DNA from: Paragordius varius
Lineage: Eukaryota > Animalia > Nematomorpha
Direction: 5' to 3'
DNA length: 64,000 bases
Assembly (NCBI GenBank): GCA_964247055.1
Contig: OZ176050.1
Span: 8,680,001-8,744,000 of the forward strand
Position 1 is the first letter of the stretch. Every line of letters begins with the position of its first letter. The notes under the pieces were generated by a model. The model saw only the letters and a program-made list of their open reading frames with translations. It was not told where the DNA came from and did no database searches. The position numbers and the translations under genes are program-made. Positions 12,433 to 25,300 of the stretch are shown here, piece by piece.

Positions 12433-13579
12433 ATTGATGGAAGTGAATTAATTATATTGTTAATATAAATTTAAAACACAATTTCGTACTATAAATCTAT
12501 TCTGTTGTGTTGTGTTTTTGGCAAAAAAGTACAATAAATTTTTGGCACTTAAAAAGAATATCCTTATAACAACACACATGGTTACTGTAATAGCTTATAA
12601 ATACAGTGATTGCCTTTTTACGACTTAAACACTTGGATACAACACATTCATTTCAGTCCTCCGATTCGAATTGGGGTCTTTGGAAACCTCAGGCCTATAA
12701 TCAAATATTTCTAAAAATATAGAACAAATTACAAAAAGTTTGCACTTATATAACATTGATGCACCGAAAAGATTCATTTAATAATCTTTATGTTACCTTT
12801 TTATGGGTGAAGTTCGTAATTTAGTTAACATGATATGTGTGCATTAGTTAAATATAAAAATAATTCTAAATTCAAGTTTCTGTTTATATCAGTGTTAGAT
12901 GTTATTTAAATAAAAAATAGCCTTATTTTCGTGTTAGAATCAAATAAACACGATATTATGCAAAAATGTTTTAAAATAAAAAAGCGTCGAAGCAGTTTGA
13001 TATAGAACTTTTTTTAAAAACCAAATTTATATAGATATATTGGCTTATTTATTTATCAGGAAAGAAGTATAAATTTAAATTGGGACCATTTTCAGTAGTT
13101 TTTTAATAATTTCAACTTAAATATAGTGTGTGCTTGTATATATGCAAATTAAATCGCATTATACCCTCCTTACGATGGAAGAAGAATAATTTCACGCAGA
13201 TATAATCTTGCAAAACACCACGTTGCGGGCCGCACTAGCTGCCTAAATTTATATATAAAGGTCAATCCATTTTATTAAACTATTCACAAAGAAAAGGTAA
13301 ATTATACCATATTTTAAACTCTTACAGCTCCAAATAAATTTTTTGTCAAATGAACAAAACTTGCATAAAAATATTATTATATGCATTTAGCGACTCGAAA
13401 TGAATTATACTATATATTTGTTAATAAAAGAATAATATATTAAATGATGTTAAGAATGAAATTCACTTAAGCCCAAGATATTAAATGGCATTTTCTATCA
13501 GATAATATATATCCAGATATTTTTGTCCGCACTGTGTGTGGTAGGTCCCCGCCACCCTAATTTTTTTTATTAGAATCTA

Positions 13580-14690
13580 ATATAAAAATGTATCAAAACC
13601 ATGATAGTGCTTTTTGTACCAGTGATATAAGAAAGTTTTATCACTTTTGTAGCAATTGATTATATCAGAAAATGGCAAAATTTGCGTACATTTTGTTAAA
13701 CAAAATTTTTTTAGGTGAGAAGTTAATGGTTTATTTCGAAAAATATTACTAAAATACTTTATGAACTGCAAATAAAAAGCAAAACACTATTTTTAATTTT
13801 TTTTAATTTTTGTATGTGGGGCTGGAAAGTCACACGTTTTTTTTCTATGGTGGTCTATTTCCCTTAAAATAAACACAAAAAGGCTGAGATTGCGCGATAA
13901 ATTTTTAAACACATTAAATATTAACCTTAAAATATTTTTAATCAATGCATTTTTCAAAAACTATATTTTTAACAAAATTTTCTTACCAAATTAAGGCTTG
14001 ATGATTCGGTATAAAAACGCTTTTATACTTTATAATAACACTTTTTATACATTTTTATGATAAGTATTTCTATTGCTACAATTTCATTATTTAAAAGTAT
14101 TTGCTTTATTTAAAGAATTTTTTTAGAAAAATAGATATTTTATTTGACAGAAATTTGAAGGCGAACTATTTATTTAAACAAAATATAAGTTTAGGAAAAT
14201 GTTCAAGATCATCGAATTATATAGAAAAAGGTTGTAATAATATCTAAAAGCGTTTTTATACTGCTTCCCTGCTTAAGTATGAAGTTCGCTTCTATAAAAT
14301 TTTGCTAAAAATCAAATTTTTAGCAAAAAGTATATTTTTTTTCAAAATTAATTTTGGTTTTTATCAAATTTAGCATATATTTAAAATTATCGCGCAATCC
14401 CGTCATTTTTGCGTTTATTTAAGAGCTAGCCAATTTTAAAGGGAAAAAGATAAAGGACTTTCGGAGCCCACAGAAAAAAATAAATTTTTTTAAAATTTTG
14501 CTTTTCATATGCAGTTTATGATAGACTTTAGTGATATTATATGGAATGAAGCATTTAGCTTTTACCAAAAAATTTTATTTAATAATAATGTGAAAATTTT
14601 GCTATTTTCTATGGTACATTTACCACAAAAATGCAAATAATTATCTTATATAATTTGTAAGGTCCAAAATCAAAAACACCATTATACTGA
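13580..14690. mobile_element. Old ~1.1-kb foldback (hairpin) element
   Basis: Inverted pairs: GAGATTGCGCGATAA (~13887) with TTATCGCGCAATCCC (~14388); TATAAAAACGCTTTTA (~14010) with TAAAAGCGTTTTTATA (~14246); TGTGGGGCTGGAAAGTC with GACTTTCGGAGCCCACA. Boundaries approximate. A related fragment lies at about 7715-7775. Confidence 0.7.
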
Positions 14691-14922
14691 TATATTCCCT
14701 CTCAGAATATATACGCTTTAAAAAGTAATTTTTTTTACCGAGTGTAGGGTGCATCGAAATTGATATTCGTTAGATTCAAAGTAAAAATACCGATAAAATT
14801 GCATAATTACCAATAATGATAGCCATGAAAATAATATGGATTTTGCCAACAACATTTGCCATGATAACCTCCGATTTTGTGCACTGTGTTATCTAACATA
14901 TTATGTCTCCTTTTGAAGTAAC

Positions 14923-17900
14923 ATGCATATGATCTCAGTCGAAAAGAGGGTTGGATTTTTAGGTATTTTTTCCATATATTTGAGTTATTGGGGATGAAAT
15001 TCTAAAGGGTATGACAGAAGAAAGAAATATCTTTCAACTGGCAAAATTGTGTTTTAAAATAGGACTTTATCTAGAAGAAGTATTAATATATATTATAAAG
15101 ATATCAGTGATTGGCGATTATATTGCTGATATATCGCAGCATATTCAACTATTTTGTAAGAACTATGATTATGTTATTACTTGTGGTGGGATCGGGCCTA
15201 CACACGATGACGTAACATATGAAGGTATTTTTAATCTAATATTACAGGTGTTGCAAAGGCATTTGACGTCAAGCTAGAAACAAACGAAGATTATGCTCAG
15301 TATCTTAAATCATTTGGTCAGAATTACCCTAGAGAATCCCCTTTTTATAAAATGGCAAAAGTATTTTTTTGATTTAGTGTCGATAAATTCAAAATAAGTT
15401 AAATAAAATTAAAATGATTTTAAAGTAAAATTATTATTTTCTGATTTTTTTCACCCAATATCAGTATTTTTTATACTAAAATTTTGCATCCATAATAGAT
15501 TCCATCAAATTCTAAGCTTCATTACGGGCCCGATTCAAATACATTCCCTTTAGTGTCTTGTAATAATGTTTACATTATGCCCGGAGTGCCCTCATTATTT
15601 GTTAAAACGCTGGAAATATTTAAAAACGTTATGATTAGTTTATATAAAAACCAACTTCCTATCTTCCATTATGAAAGTTTTTACTTTTATGATACGGATG
15701 AATCTCAAATTGCTGAAACATTAAGCTCAATAAATCAACAGTATGAAACGAGGGGCCTGGTTAAAATTGGTTCTTATCCGGAACTTATAAATAAGTACAG
15801 CTAATATTTTAATGCTTGCAGAAAATGTAATGTTAAAATTACAGTTTTTTCTCCGGATGCAAATTTATTTGAAATGGTAAAGCACGAACTTATCGCAAAA
15901 TTACCAATAAATAAGTAATATAATGTTATATATAAATTTATGGTGGTATATTTATATTGTTAAAACAAATTTTTATGTGAATTTCAAACCTCTTTTTTAT
16001 GGACATTTTAGATTGAATTCTAAACTCGAAATCAATATATCCAAGGTTAATAGCTACTTTGACGAAATGTTACAAAAATATAAGTATGTTTTCTTGAGAA
16101 ATAAAGCTTTTACATATGTAATTAACAATATTTGGTTAAATTATGGTATGTTTCCGGAAATTTGCTGAAAAATATTTTTGACCAATATGGTTCATAATTT
16201 TGCTCGAATTTCTAGGACATAATTATACGTGTCTTTTTTATTATTATATAGCCGATGTCAAAAATAAAGCTTTTTTGCACGTTTCACCCAATAATTGCTT
16301 ATATGTTTTGATACTAAGATCATTGCTGAATAAAAATTTTTGTTCATTTTTTAAATTTGGTGTGCTTGAGGCCTTTATACCCTTAAACTCGCTTAACAAT
16401 ATGTTTTTGAGGCTATTTTCGCCAAAATTATGAGATCAAATAAATTAATTAGGAGTGCGGATCGCGTATAAAGGCAAAAAATGCCCCCCCCCCTCCAAGA
16501 ACCTAGAAGGACTTCCTTGAGCTGCATAGCAGCCCGAGATTTATAATCCTCTAGCTTTTGGATGAAATCAATTTAAATATTTAAAAGCTGTAAATTTCTG
16601 AAAAAAATATTGTTTTTTAATGATACTGTTTTCGAGAACTTTATTAGTTAAAAACTCGCTTGTAGCAAAATTTTAAATTAATAAGTATTTTGCTATATAA
16701 TTTTTTTGATAAATATCAAGAATTATTTTTTAATTTCTTAAATAACATTATTTTAATAATGGTATAATATGTCGATTTAGTAGTCCTACTGTTTTTTCAT
16801 CTTATTTGTAAATTTTTTGACATCAAAAACACTTTAGATGTCAATGTTGATTATTTTCATCTACATTTCGTTAAGAAAAAACTAAAAATATAATATTTTT
16901 AGCTGTTAACATATTGTATCCTTATCTTTTTAATATAGTTTTTAAAGTTTTAAATGTAATTTTGGAGTATATGTTTACCTCACTCCCTTCTGTTTATGTT
17001 AAAGTTTTTTGGGATTGACACAACTTTTTATTTAACATATTTTTATTCTTTATAAAATTAATATTTATCTATGCTTTTTAGTTTTTCAGATATTTGCATA
17101 GCCTTTAATGGGGGAAAAGATTGTATCGTAATTCTACATTTATGGGCTCAGTATCTGAGAAAAAAATTGGCTTACGGAAATGTCGCTATACCAGCCATTT
17201 ATATTAGACAACGTTTACCGTTTCCAGAGGTGGAACGCTTTATATACAACATGAAACACGTGTAATTCTTTGCTTATATTGCTTTGGCTTTGCCCTTTTT
17301 TAGATATTATTTCTGCAATATGATTAAAAATTATTTTTTAGATATAATTTGGAGTTAACGATACTCGAAGGATGTTACAAAACGGTTTTAACTCAATTGA
17401 AAGCAGACTGCCCTAATATTAAAGCTATTATTATGGGAACACGTAAAACGGATCCATTTTCAAGTATATTTTCCATTTATGCAGGCACTTTAAATTTATG
17501 TTGAAAGTGAATCAATTCAAGTTTTTATTAGTTAAAATATTTATTAATTCTAGCCAAATACATGATTAAAATAATATCAGAATATATATGTTTGTTAACA
17601 CAGTTTCTGAATTTTTAAGGCTATAGGCATACGATTTATTTTAGCTTTTCTTTAAAGCAAAAAAAGATTGGTTGGATATTATATCGTGAATTTCGATACT
17701 GTTTTTTTAAATTTTTATGTATATAGTGCATAACGCAACTTTTATGTTCTCTTGATAAGACATTCACATTTTGTATCAGAACACTTAAACTAAGACAGAA
17801 TATTAATTAAACCTTTTGATCTCTAATTACTTACTTACTATTTTAGTTTTGTCTTAAATTTAAATAGGTCATCTCTCTGTCTTCACACGCACTGACAAAG

Positions 17901-18350
17901 ATTGGCCAGAATTTATGCGTGTTAACCCTTTGTTGGAATGGAATTATAATGATATTTGGATTGCTATTGATACATTGCATATTCCTTATTGCACCTTGTA
18001 TGATAAGGGGTAATAAATTAAATGTTTAACAGTTTTTCTACTTGTTTAAATTGGCTACTTTTAGAATTTTAATTACAAAATGATTAATTTAACCATTTTT
18101 ACATATATTTAGCATATTCATTTCATGATTAACTATGCATAGTTTTTAATGCGTGCCTCATTAATAACTACAGGCTGTAAATCACTCTTTTTATTTTATC
18201 CATTTTTATAGGTACACCTCTATTGGTAACATGGATGATACAGTTCCTAACCATCATTTACGATACATTGATGATGAAACGAAAATGATAGCTTATCATC
18301 CGGCACGCAAACTTAAGGATTATACAATGGAACGAAATGGGAGAAAATAA
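14923..18350 (+). CDS. FLAD1: Bifunctional FAD synthase (N-terminal molybdopterin-binding/CinA-like domain plus PAPS-reductase-fold FADS domain), about 471 aa, 11 exons
   Basis: Exons 14923-14962, 14985-15079, 15101-15224, 15248-15360, 15499-15794, 15822-15914, 16012-16083, 17082-17261, 17342-17463, 17868-18009, 18212-18350 (1416 nt). Motifs: [76 protein letters not shown]. Confidence 0.95.
14963..14984 (+). other. 22-nt GT-AG micro-intron (FLAD1 intron 1)
   Basis: GTATTTTTTCCATATATTTGAG; removal joins RVGFL to VIGDEILKG; retention frameshifts. Confidence 0.85.
15080..15100 (+). other. 21-nt GT-AG micro-intron (FLAD1 intron 2), in-frame and stop-free
   Basis: GTATTAATATATATTATAAAG; removal gives IGLYLEE-ISVIGD, matching the family spacing (human LGVQVCR-VSVVPD as recalled); retention would add VLIYIIK. 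Confidence 0.7.
15225..15247 (+). other. 23-nt GT-AG micro-intron (FLAD1 intron 3)
   Basis: GTATTTTTAATCTAATATTACAG; removal gives [13 protein letters not shown]; retention frameshifts. Confidence 0.9.
15795..15821 (+). other. 27-nt GT-AG micro-intron (FLAD1 intron 5)
   Basis: GTACAGCTAATATTTTAATGCTTGCAG contains an in-frame TAA; removal gives [17 protein letters not shown]. Confidence 0.85.
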
Positions 18351-18811
18351 ATGATTTTTGGACTTTTAATTTTTTAGCGAAAAAAATCTAGTCATATGAT
18401 TATAACTGTCCTTTTTTTATTTACCGAACATCAATCAAAATTGTACGTAGTTGTACACACTTAAACTATGCAGAATTCGAAATTATTGTTTAAATAAAAT
18501 GGATTTATATTTATTTATTGATTATATAATTATATTTACATATACATATATCATATGGTAAAAATCTTTCGCGGTCGGTGTTGTGTATAATTGTGGTGTT
18601 GATACTTTGTTAAATACCGTTATATTTATATATTTATAATAATAATTGTATATTGTGTATAGGAATCAGAAATATGGAATATTTTTGATCTTTTATTATA
18701 TATATAATTGAATTCATATTTATAGACTAGGGAGCGCCTTTTTTCACTCAATTATCATACCCTTACAAATCTTTAATGCATTTGGAAAATGCTCATATGT
18801 GTAGTGTGCAT

Positions 18812-21584
18812 CTATTGGTATAGGAACATGAATAGAATAAATGCAAACGTTACTAATACATATTTTATATGATTATTGTGTACACTATATATTGAAAAGC
18901 TATAAGATTTTTTCGTGGGGTGGCCTTTGTCCTGGGATTCAAGATATTTATTTCTCTCGAAAGATGCCATGTATTGTTGCAATTGTTGATAATTGCTTCC
19001 TATGTTATTTGGTTGATTAAAATTATTATTGGTGTTAAATCTGCCATTTTGATTACCATACCTTTTTTCATCGTTGTTTAGCGTACTACTGTGTTTTATA
19101 TATAAAAAATTGGGTGTATGGTATATTATGTTGGGTATATTATTAGATTTATAAAAATTATGATAACTAATTGGTTTTTGCATATTATTTTGTGACATTC
19201 GATGCTGCTTCATGTCAAGAGGATTATATTGTAGAGGTGTACTGTGTAACAAAGAATTTTCATTAAGTAGAACAACTGGTGGTGGTTGATTCTTGTATGA
19301 CACTGATAATATAGGAGGAGATGGAGTAAAGACAGGACGTTTTTGTTGCTTGAAATAGTAAGCATAATATTGATTTTCGTTATTTTTAGTGTCATCATTT
19401 TCACCAGGTTTATGTCTGTTTTCAACAAAAGATGCCAGTGGATAAGGTGTTTGTGCTTTAAGTTGTTCATGTGTTTCAGGTATTGCTGCAGGATTATATG
19501 CATTATCTTGTTTGTACATATTATTGTTTTTATCATTACCCAAGTTTTTTGTCCTCCCCGATGGTATTTTAAAGTTTGTTTTGACATTTTTGTTTTCGGA
19601 AACAAGTATACTGCTATCAATATCTCTGTTTTCATTTTGATCAACGCTTAATATTAATTTTTCTGGAGTTTGTTTAGCGTCAAAGTTCATTTGTTCGTTA
19701 GAGTTTAGTTTAAAACGTGTAGATAAGGAGTCAGACTTAGGTTCCTTATTGAGAGCCAGTACAGATAAATGCTCTTGGGGATTGATGAGGTAGGCATGGT
19801 TAATTAAATTTTTTTTCTCATTATTTTTTGCGCCTCTTATCATGTCTGTTTTTTGGACTCTATCCTCCCTAAGCTTATCTCCATGACTATTTTTATCAAA
19901 TTCTTTGAGTAAGTCATCAAACCTTACATTATTACCATAATCCCCTATATCGGTTTCATCGCGAATATCATTATTTCCTCCATTATTATTATAATTCTCT
20001 TGAAGAGTTTTGGAATTGGATAAGGCTAAGTGTTGTATTTTATCCTTAATGAGATCCATCATTGAAGATTTTTTCTCATGTTGCATATTTTTAAAACCCT
20101 TATTAGGATTATTTAATTTATTAGTGTCTCGATGTTGATAATTATTGTTATTAGGGACGTTGGGAAACTTACCATTAGGTTCATCGAATGCTTTTGGGCG
20201 GCTATATGTCTTTATTTGTTTTTGATCAAAGGATTTAAATGGATTCGCTTCTTGTTCTAATAAATATATCGATAATTTATTTTTACAACAAATAAAATTA
20301 TATATGGAGGCTTTGTTAGTAGATAAATTTGGATAACACCAAAACTTTAAAAAAGAAATGGTTAAGTTTGACAGACATTAAGCCAAAAGGTAGGGCCTTC
20401 ATCAGAAATTTTTGGATAAAATATAATGTTTGCGAGGAATATTATAGGGTTACCCCAAATATATAATGGCATTCATGACCGAGACTTGTGATTGCTTTTA
20501 AAAGCCAATCAAAAAATTGTGGTAATCATATGATTAAAATTAATATTATATAGTGTGTGGTATTAAACAAAACTCTATAATATTATAAATTATAAAATTT
20601 AATCATATTTTATTACTAATATTTGACACTCTTATGATTAATTTAAGTTTTATTTTGCTTAGTAAAATAAAACACCTATTTTACATTAGCGATAATAAAG
20701 ACGGTATTATTATTGAGTGGGACTGTAGTTTTTTAACCAGTCAGAATCGCAACACTATATACTATATGATGTTTAGTTTAATAATAAAAAATCATTATCT
20801 AAATACTTGATCGGTAATTTGATCCGACTTTAAAGATGACTTTCATAGCGTGATTGCACATTCCACCTTCCAAATTATTTATTCCATCCAGCGTCCCTGA
20901 AGACGTTGCTATATTAAAATATTTATGTAAGAATATTAAATTGTTGTGATATAAAAAATCTCATGATTTAAATATTGTATATTGTAATAATATCAATGAA
21001 TCTAACAAAACATTATTCTAATATATTTTGTGGTGGCTAAAATTAAGTCATTTACATTTGGTTGCATATTTCCCACTATTAACACAAAATATGTATAATA
21101 ATAATAACTGTAATGGTTATAATTTGGCTTAATTTATACATACATATTTATTTTCACTAATAATAAAAAAGTAATACTCATAAAAATTTAGAAATTATAC
21201 ATAATATGTCAGGGGAAAGTATATGCTGTATAAAATAATTCATCCAAAATATTCTGAACGAATGTGTGTCAACAGTTGTCCAGTTATTATTATATATATA
21301 TTTATATTATGCAAGTTCATGATTCATTTTATATATCTCTTATAGGAATCTTATTAGTTGGTTTACATATGTAGTATAAAGGTCTCCATTATTTCATTAT
21401 TAATGAATGTTGAGAGCTGTTTATAATCGAACACGGTCAATTATATAATACTTACAGTTAAGAGTAATATCATTGGCTTATGTTCTAGGTGGCATATAAA
21501 AATGACAAAATCATATTTAACCAAATACTTAACTTTTGAGCCAAAATAGTATTTTAATTTCTCCTGAAATTTATTGGTTAGTTT

Positions 21585-21618
<34 letters not shown>

Positions 21619-22296
21619 TGAATTTATAAGCCTGTGCTTACTTGTGAAATAATAATCTTCGCCATTCACAAACTGAAGTCCTCCAGGAAGTGGGGAAAAT
21701 TTGCGGAACGAGATTGTATATTTATTCTCTTTGGCGGGCATATTGCAATTTAAAATGAGTCTTGTTATGGTACGATTCGCAAATGTTATGTGACAATTGT
21801 CATACTCTTCTTTAGTTACCTGGCAGAAAAAAAATATAATTTAGATTTAAATAATTAATTAGCTTTCTTTTATCGAAATATGGATGGTGTATTAAAATTT
21901 TATAGTGTACTACTCGAATTAAAATAGGTAAAATAATAAAATTTTAGTATTTTCGGTATCAGTGCGTTGATATATGTACAGAAAAGGTGTTGGATTACAT
22001 AAATGAGACAGAAATTAAAAGAGCTAAATTTTATTATCCAAAAAAGTTTTATTGTGGTTTTTCGGCTTTAAACTTTTTTATACTGGTTTTCACACAAAAT
22101 TGTTTTATTTAAATAAAGAGAAATGGAAAAAATAATTAAAATTAAAAGGATCCCTTCCCACATACTTGAAAAAAAAACTAATAAAATGCACAATTCCAAT
22201 TTTATTACTTGCTTTAAAGGTTTTTATGATTTGAGCCTTTTTTAATTAGCCTAGGAGGGTGGTATTTTACGAAATTCAAAGTTAAAATAAATGATT

Positions 22297-22336
<40 letters not shown>

Positions 22337-25300
22337 ATTAAAATTATAGCATAATAAAACCATAATTTATTGAGTGATGTTGGCAAAATTAAAAATTTGA
22401 GTACAGATCTGATAATCTCAATAATATCGTTAGGGTAAAATGTTGATATAATGAATATATTTTATTTTTACTTAATAAAAAAGGGTAAATATTACAATTT
22501 CGTCAACTGTTGGTCCGCTACTAAATGAAGTGTAAATTAAGTGAGTATGTGTTTTTCACTAAAAAAATTTATTGATTTATATTTTTATACAGTAACACAA
22601 TATAAAATAGTCTCTAGGTAGCAAAAAAAAGAAACGGCGTTATAACTAGGCATGAGAATTTTCACAGAACGTTTTTATTTCTCACTTTCCCTAGGACAAA
22701 TTTTATAAAATCAAATGGTAAGAATTCACACAATGCAAAGGATTTTGTATTACAACACAAAAATTTAGGGTTAATTTTAATTTTATAGTGAAAACTTATT
22801 AAAAATTATTTACAAGGAAAAAAATGATGACATTTATAAAATTTTAAAAATTTATTGGTTATTTTTCTCAAATGTAAATTAAAAGAATTCAGTAGGGTGC
22901 AATGATCGCGGTTTTTATTCTTATAAGATAATTGATGATCAATTTTGCTTATAAAAAATAATTATCATAACTAAACTTTTTTTAATTAATGTAAAAATTA
23001 TATTATTCATCTCTTTTACTTTATAATTCACCTTAAATAAGTCAAAGAAAAAAAAATGACACACTCTTTTATAATTGAGAATTAATAAGTATGCAGGTTG
23101 CTGCCGTCTTCTACGCATAAAAAAATATTCATAAATGTGAAAAAAATGATAAATTAGTTATTTAATTTTATTCTGTCACACAATCAGTATTAAAAATGTG
23201 TGTAATTTATATTAAAAAATTTCATACCTGTTAGTAAAAAATGGCTTTTAGAACAAAAATACATACCATATAAAAATTATGCAAATACAACATATTGGTA
23301 TCTTCGTAATTTGTTTAATATTCTGATCATTAGATTAGCATTTTTGACAAATCAAAATGGGATATACTTGACTGTGTGAAAATTATATTTTTTATGGATT
23401 AACAATGGTTATGGTCCATAAGTAATATATTTCCAAAACCACTAATTTACTTGTCATTTTTTGTTGACTTGGGAAGAAAAAATATATAGTATAAGAGCTT
23501 AAATAAATATTATGATTTTGCATAAAAGATTATATAAAATTTATGATTATGTTACTTAATTATGTAATTAAATATTTATTTTATATCTTAACTTTTATAT
23601 AAAAAAAATCTACCCTGTAGACTGCATAGTATTCATAATTGGAAGGATCGGTGCGTTCAGAGTGTTCGGGACAAACTATATCAATTGAATCACCCAGCTC
23701 AACATCAATTATGTGGAAAGTGTTATCAATGCGAAATCTATCAAAAAATATTTTAATATTTCATTTTTTCCCTTAAAATAATTTTATTTTTTTACTTTCA
23801 CGGTTTTCTGAACCACAATTTCATTATTTTAATGATGATGTACATTGGTACATGGACACACAACAAAACATTTTAAGACAAAATAAAATAGAGAAAAAAA
23901 CGGATCATTAATAATTTTAATAATGAGAATGAATAAAGGCGCACAAAAATCAATAACAACAACATATATATATTGATTCATTTTTATCAATAAATATAGT
24001 TTTAGTGATTTTTTTTCACAACTAATAGCATTTTACATAAAGGAGTATTGACAGGTGTATGTGGGTCCTGCAATAAATTGTGTTTTTCATGCATGGCATC
24101 ATCGATAATGGAAAATTATTTTTTACAAATTATATAAACGCTCTAGCTAGCTAGCTAGCTAGCATTTGACACTTAATCCTCCCTTTTGCTTTGTTTTCCA
24201 TTTAAAATAATGTGTGGCATAACACATTTTTATGTGTCCCTCCTTCCCCCTCTAATTATACTTACCATCTTAATTCATAATAAATATCGAAATTTAATTA
24301 TGTATCCATAACTTTAAATATTATATATATTATATAAAGATAAGAATTTTTGGTTTTTATTAAATCAGTTGGGATTATAAAATACATATTTATCAATTAG
24401 ATTTGTCAAAAAATTGCGAAATCTCATTATTTTTCCAATTATACCGCAAACCTAACACTCAAAGCTGTGTAAAATTATGTATAGTCAAAAAAAGAAAATA
24501 TAGGTAACTAAAAAAATAAAGGTGTATGAACTCATTATTTTATTGTCTTATTTAGTTATTTTCGCTGTTACACAGCCATGCCATTCTCATATACAGATCC
24601 TGATGGAAATTTTGCAATAAATTTTGACAAATTGTTGTAACAGACACACTTTGTTCAAATTGTCATTTTTGCGAAATATCGGTAAATATAAAAAGTAATT
24701 TTTTTTACATAGTAATCACAAAACTTTCTTTATTCATTTATTTATTATATATGTATAGAATTGATATTTATTATATTTTCTAAATATTAATTACAATAAA
24801 GCAAGTTTCTTGATGGCTTAAACGTTTTTTCTTATGATAATAATTAACAAGTGTGATAAAATGACAATAACAACAAAACAACTTCAAAGGAAAAAAATAA
24901 TTAAAATTTTGAGATATTTTTATTACAGGTACCAAACGTTATTCGCAAATCAAGAACAAAAACAAAAATCATTTTTTTCAATAATAGATATTCTTAGATC
25001 GCTTTTTTAGGTGAGTTTCCAATTTATGAGTGACCAATTTTTAATTGACAAAAAATAAAAAAATAGAAAGACTAAAACATTTATAAATTCACCTTATTAC
25101 ATTTAAGTGATTTAAAAAAAACTATGTGGCTAAAAATGGTTAAAAATGGCCAAGTCAAATGTGGGATGACATCAAAATGACAAGTATTTGAAAAAAGGAC
25201 TGGCTTGATTATATATTGTAGATGTTTTATGTTTTTTTGGGAGTAATTCTCATCACCCTGATATGCTAACACCTTAAGTGTTAGACAGTCATCATCAATC

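Noticed and set aside
12630-12700. B-box-like GATTCGAATT suggesting a tRNA gene
   Set aside because: No cloverleaf or A-box could be built.
13200-13240. GTTGCGGGCCGCACTAG as a Helitron 3' end
   Set aside because: CTAG is not followed by T, the hairpin is weak and no 5' end was found.
19210-19651. 144-aa (-) and 102-aa (+) ORFs overlapping the ephrin last exon
   Set aside because: Alternate-frame and antisense shadows of a low-complexity coding exon; no motifs of their own.
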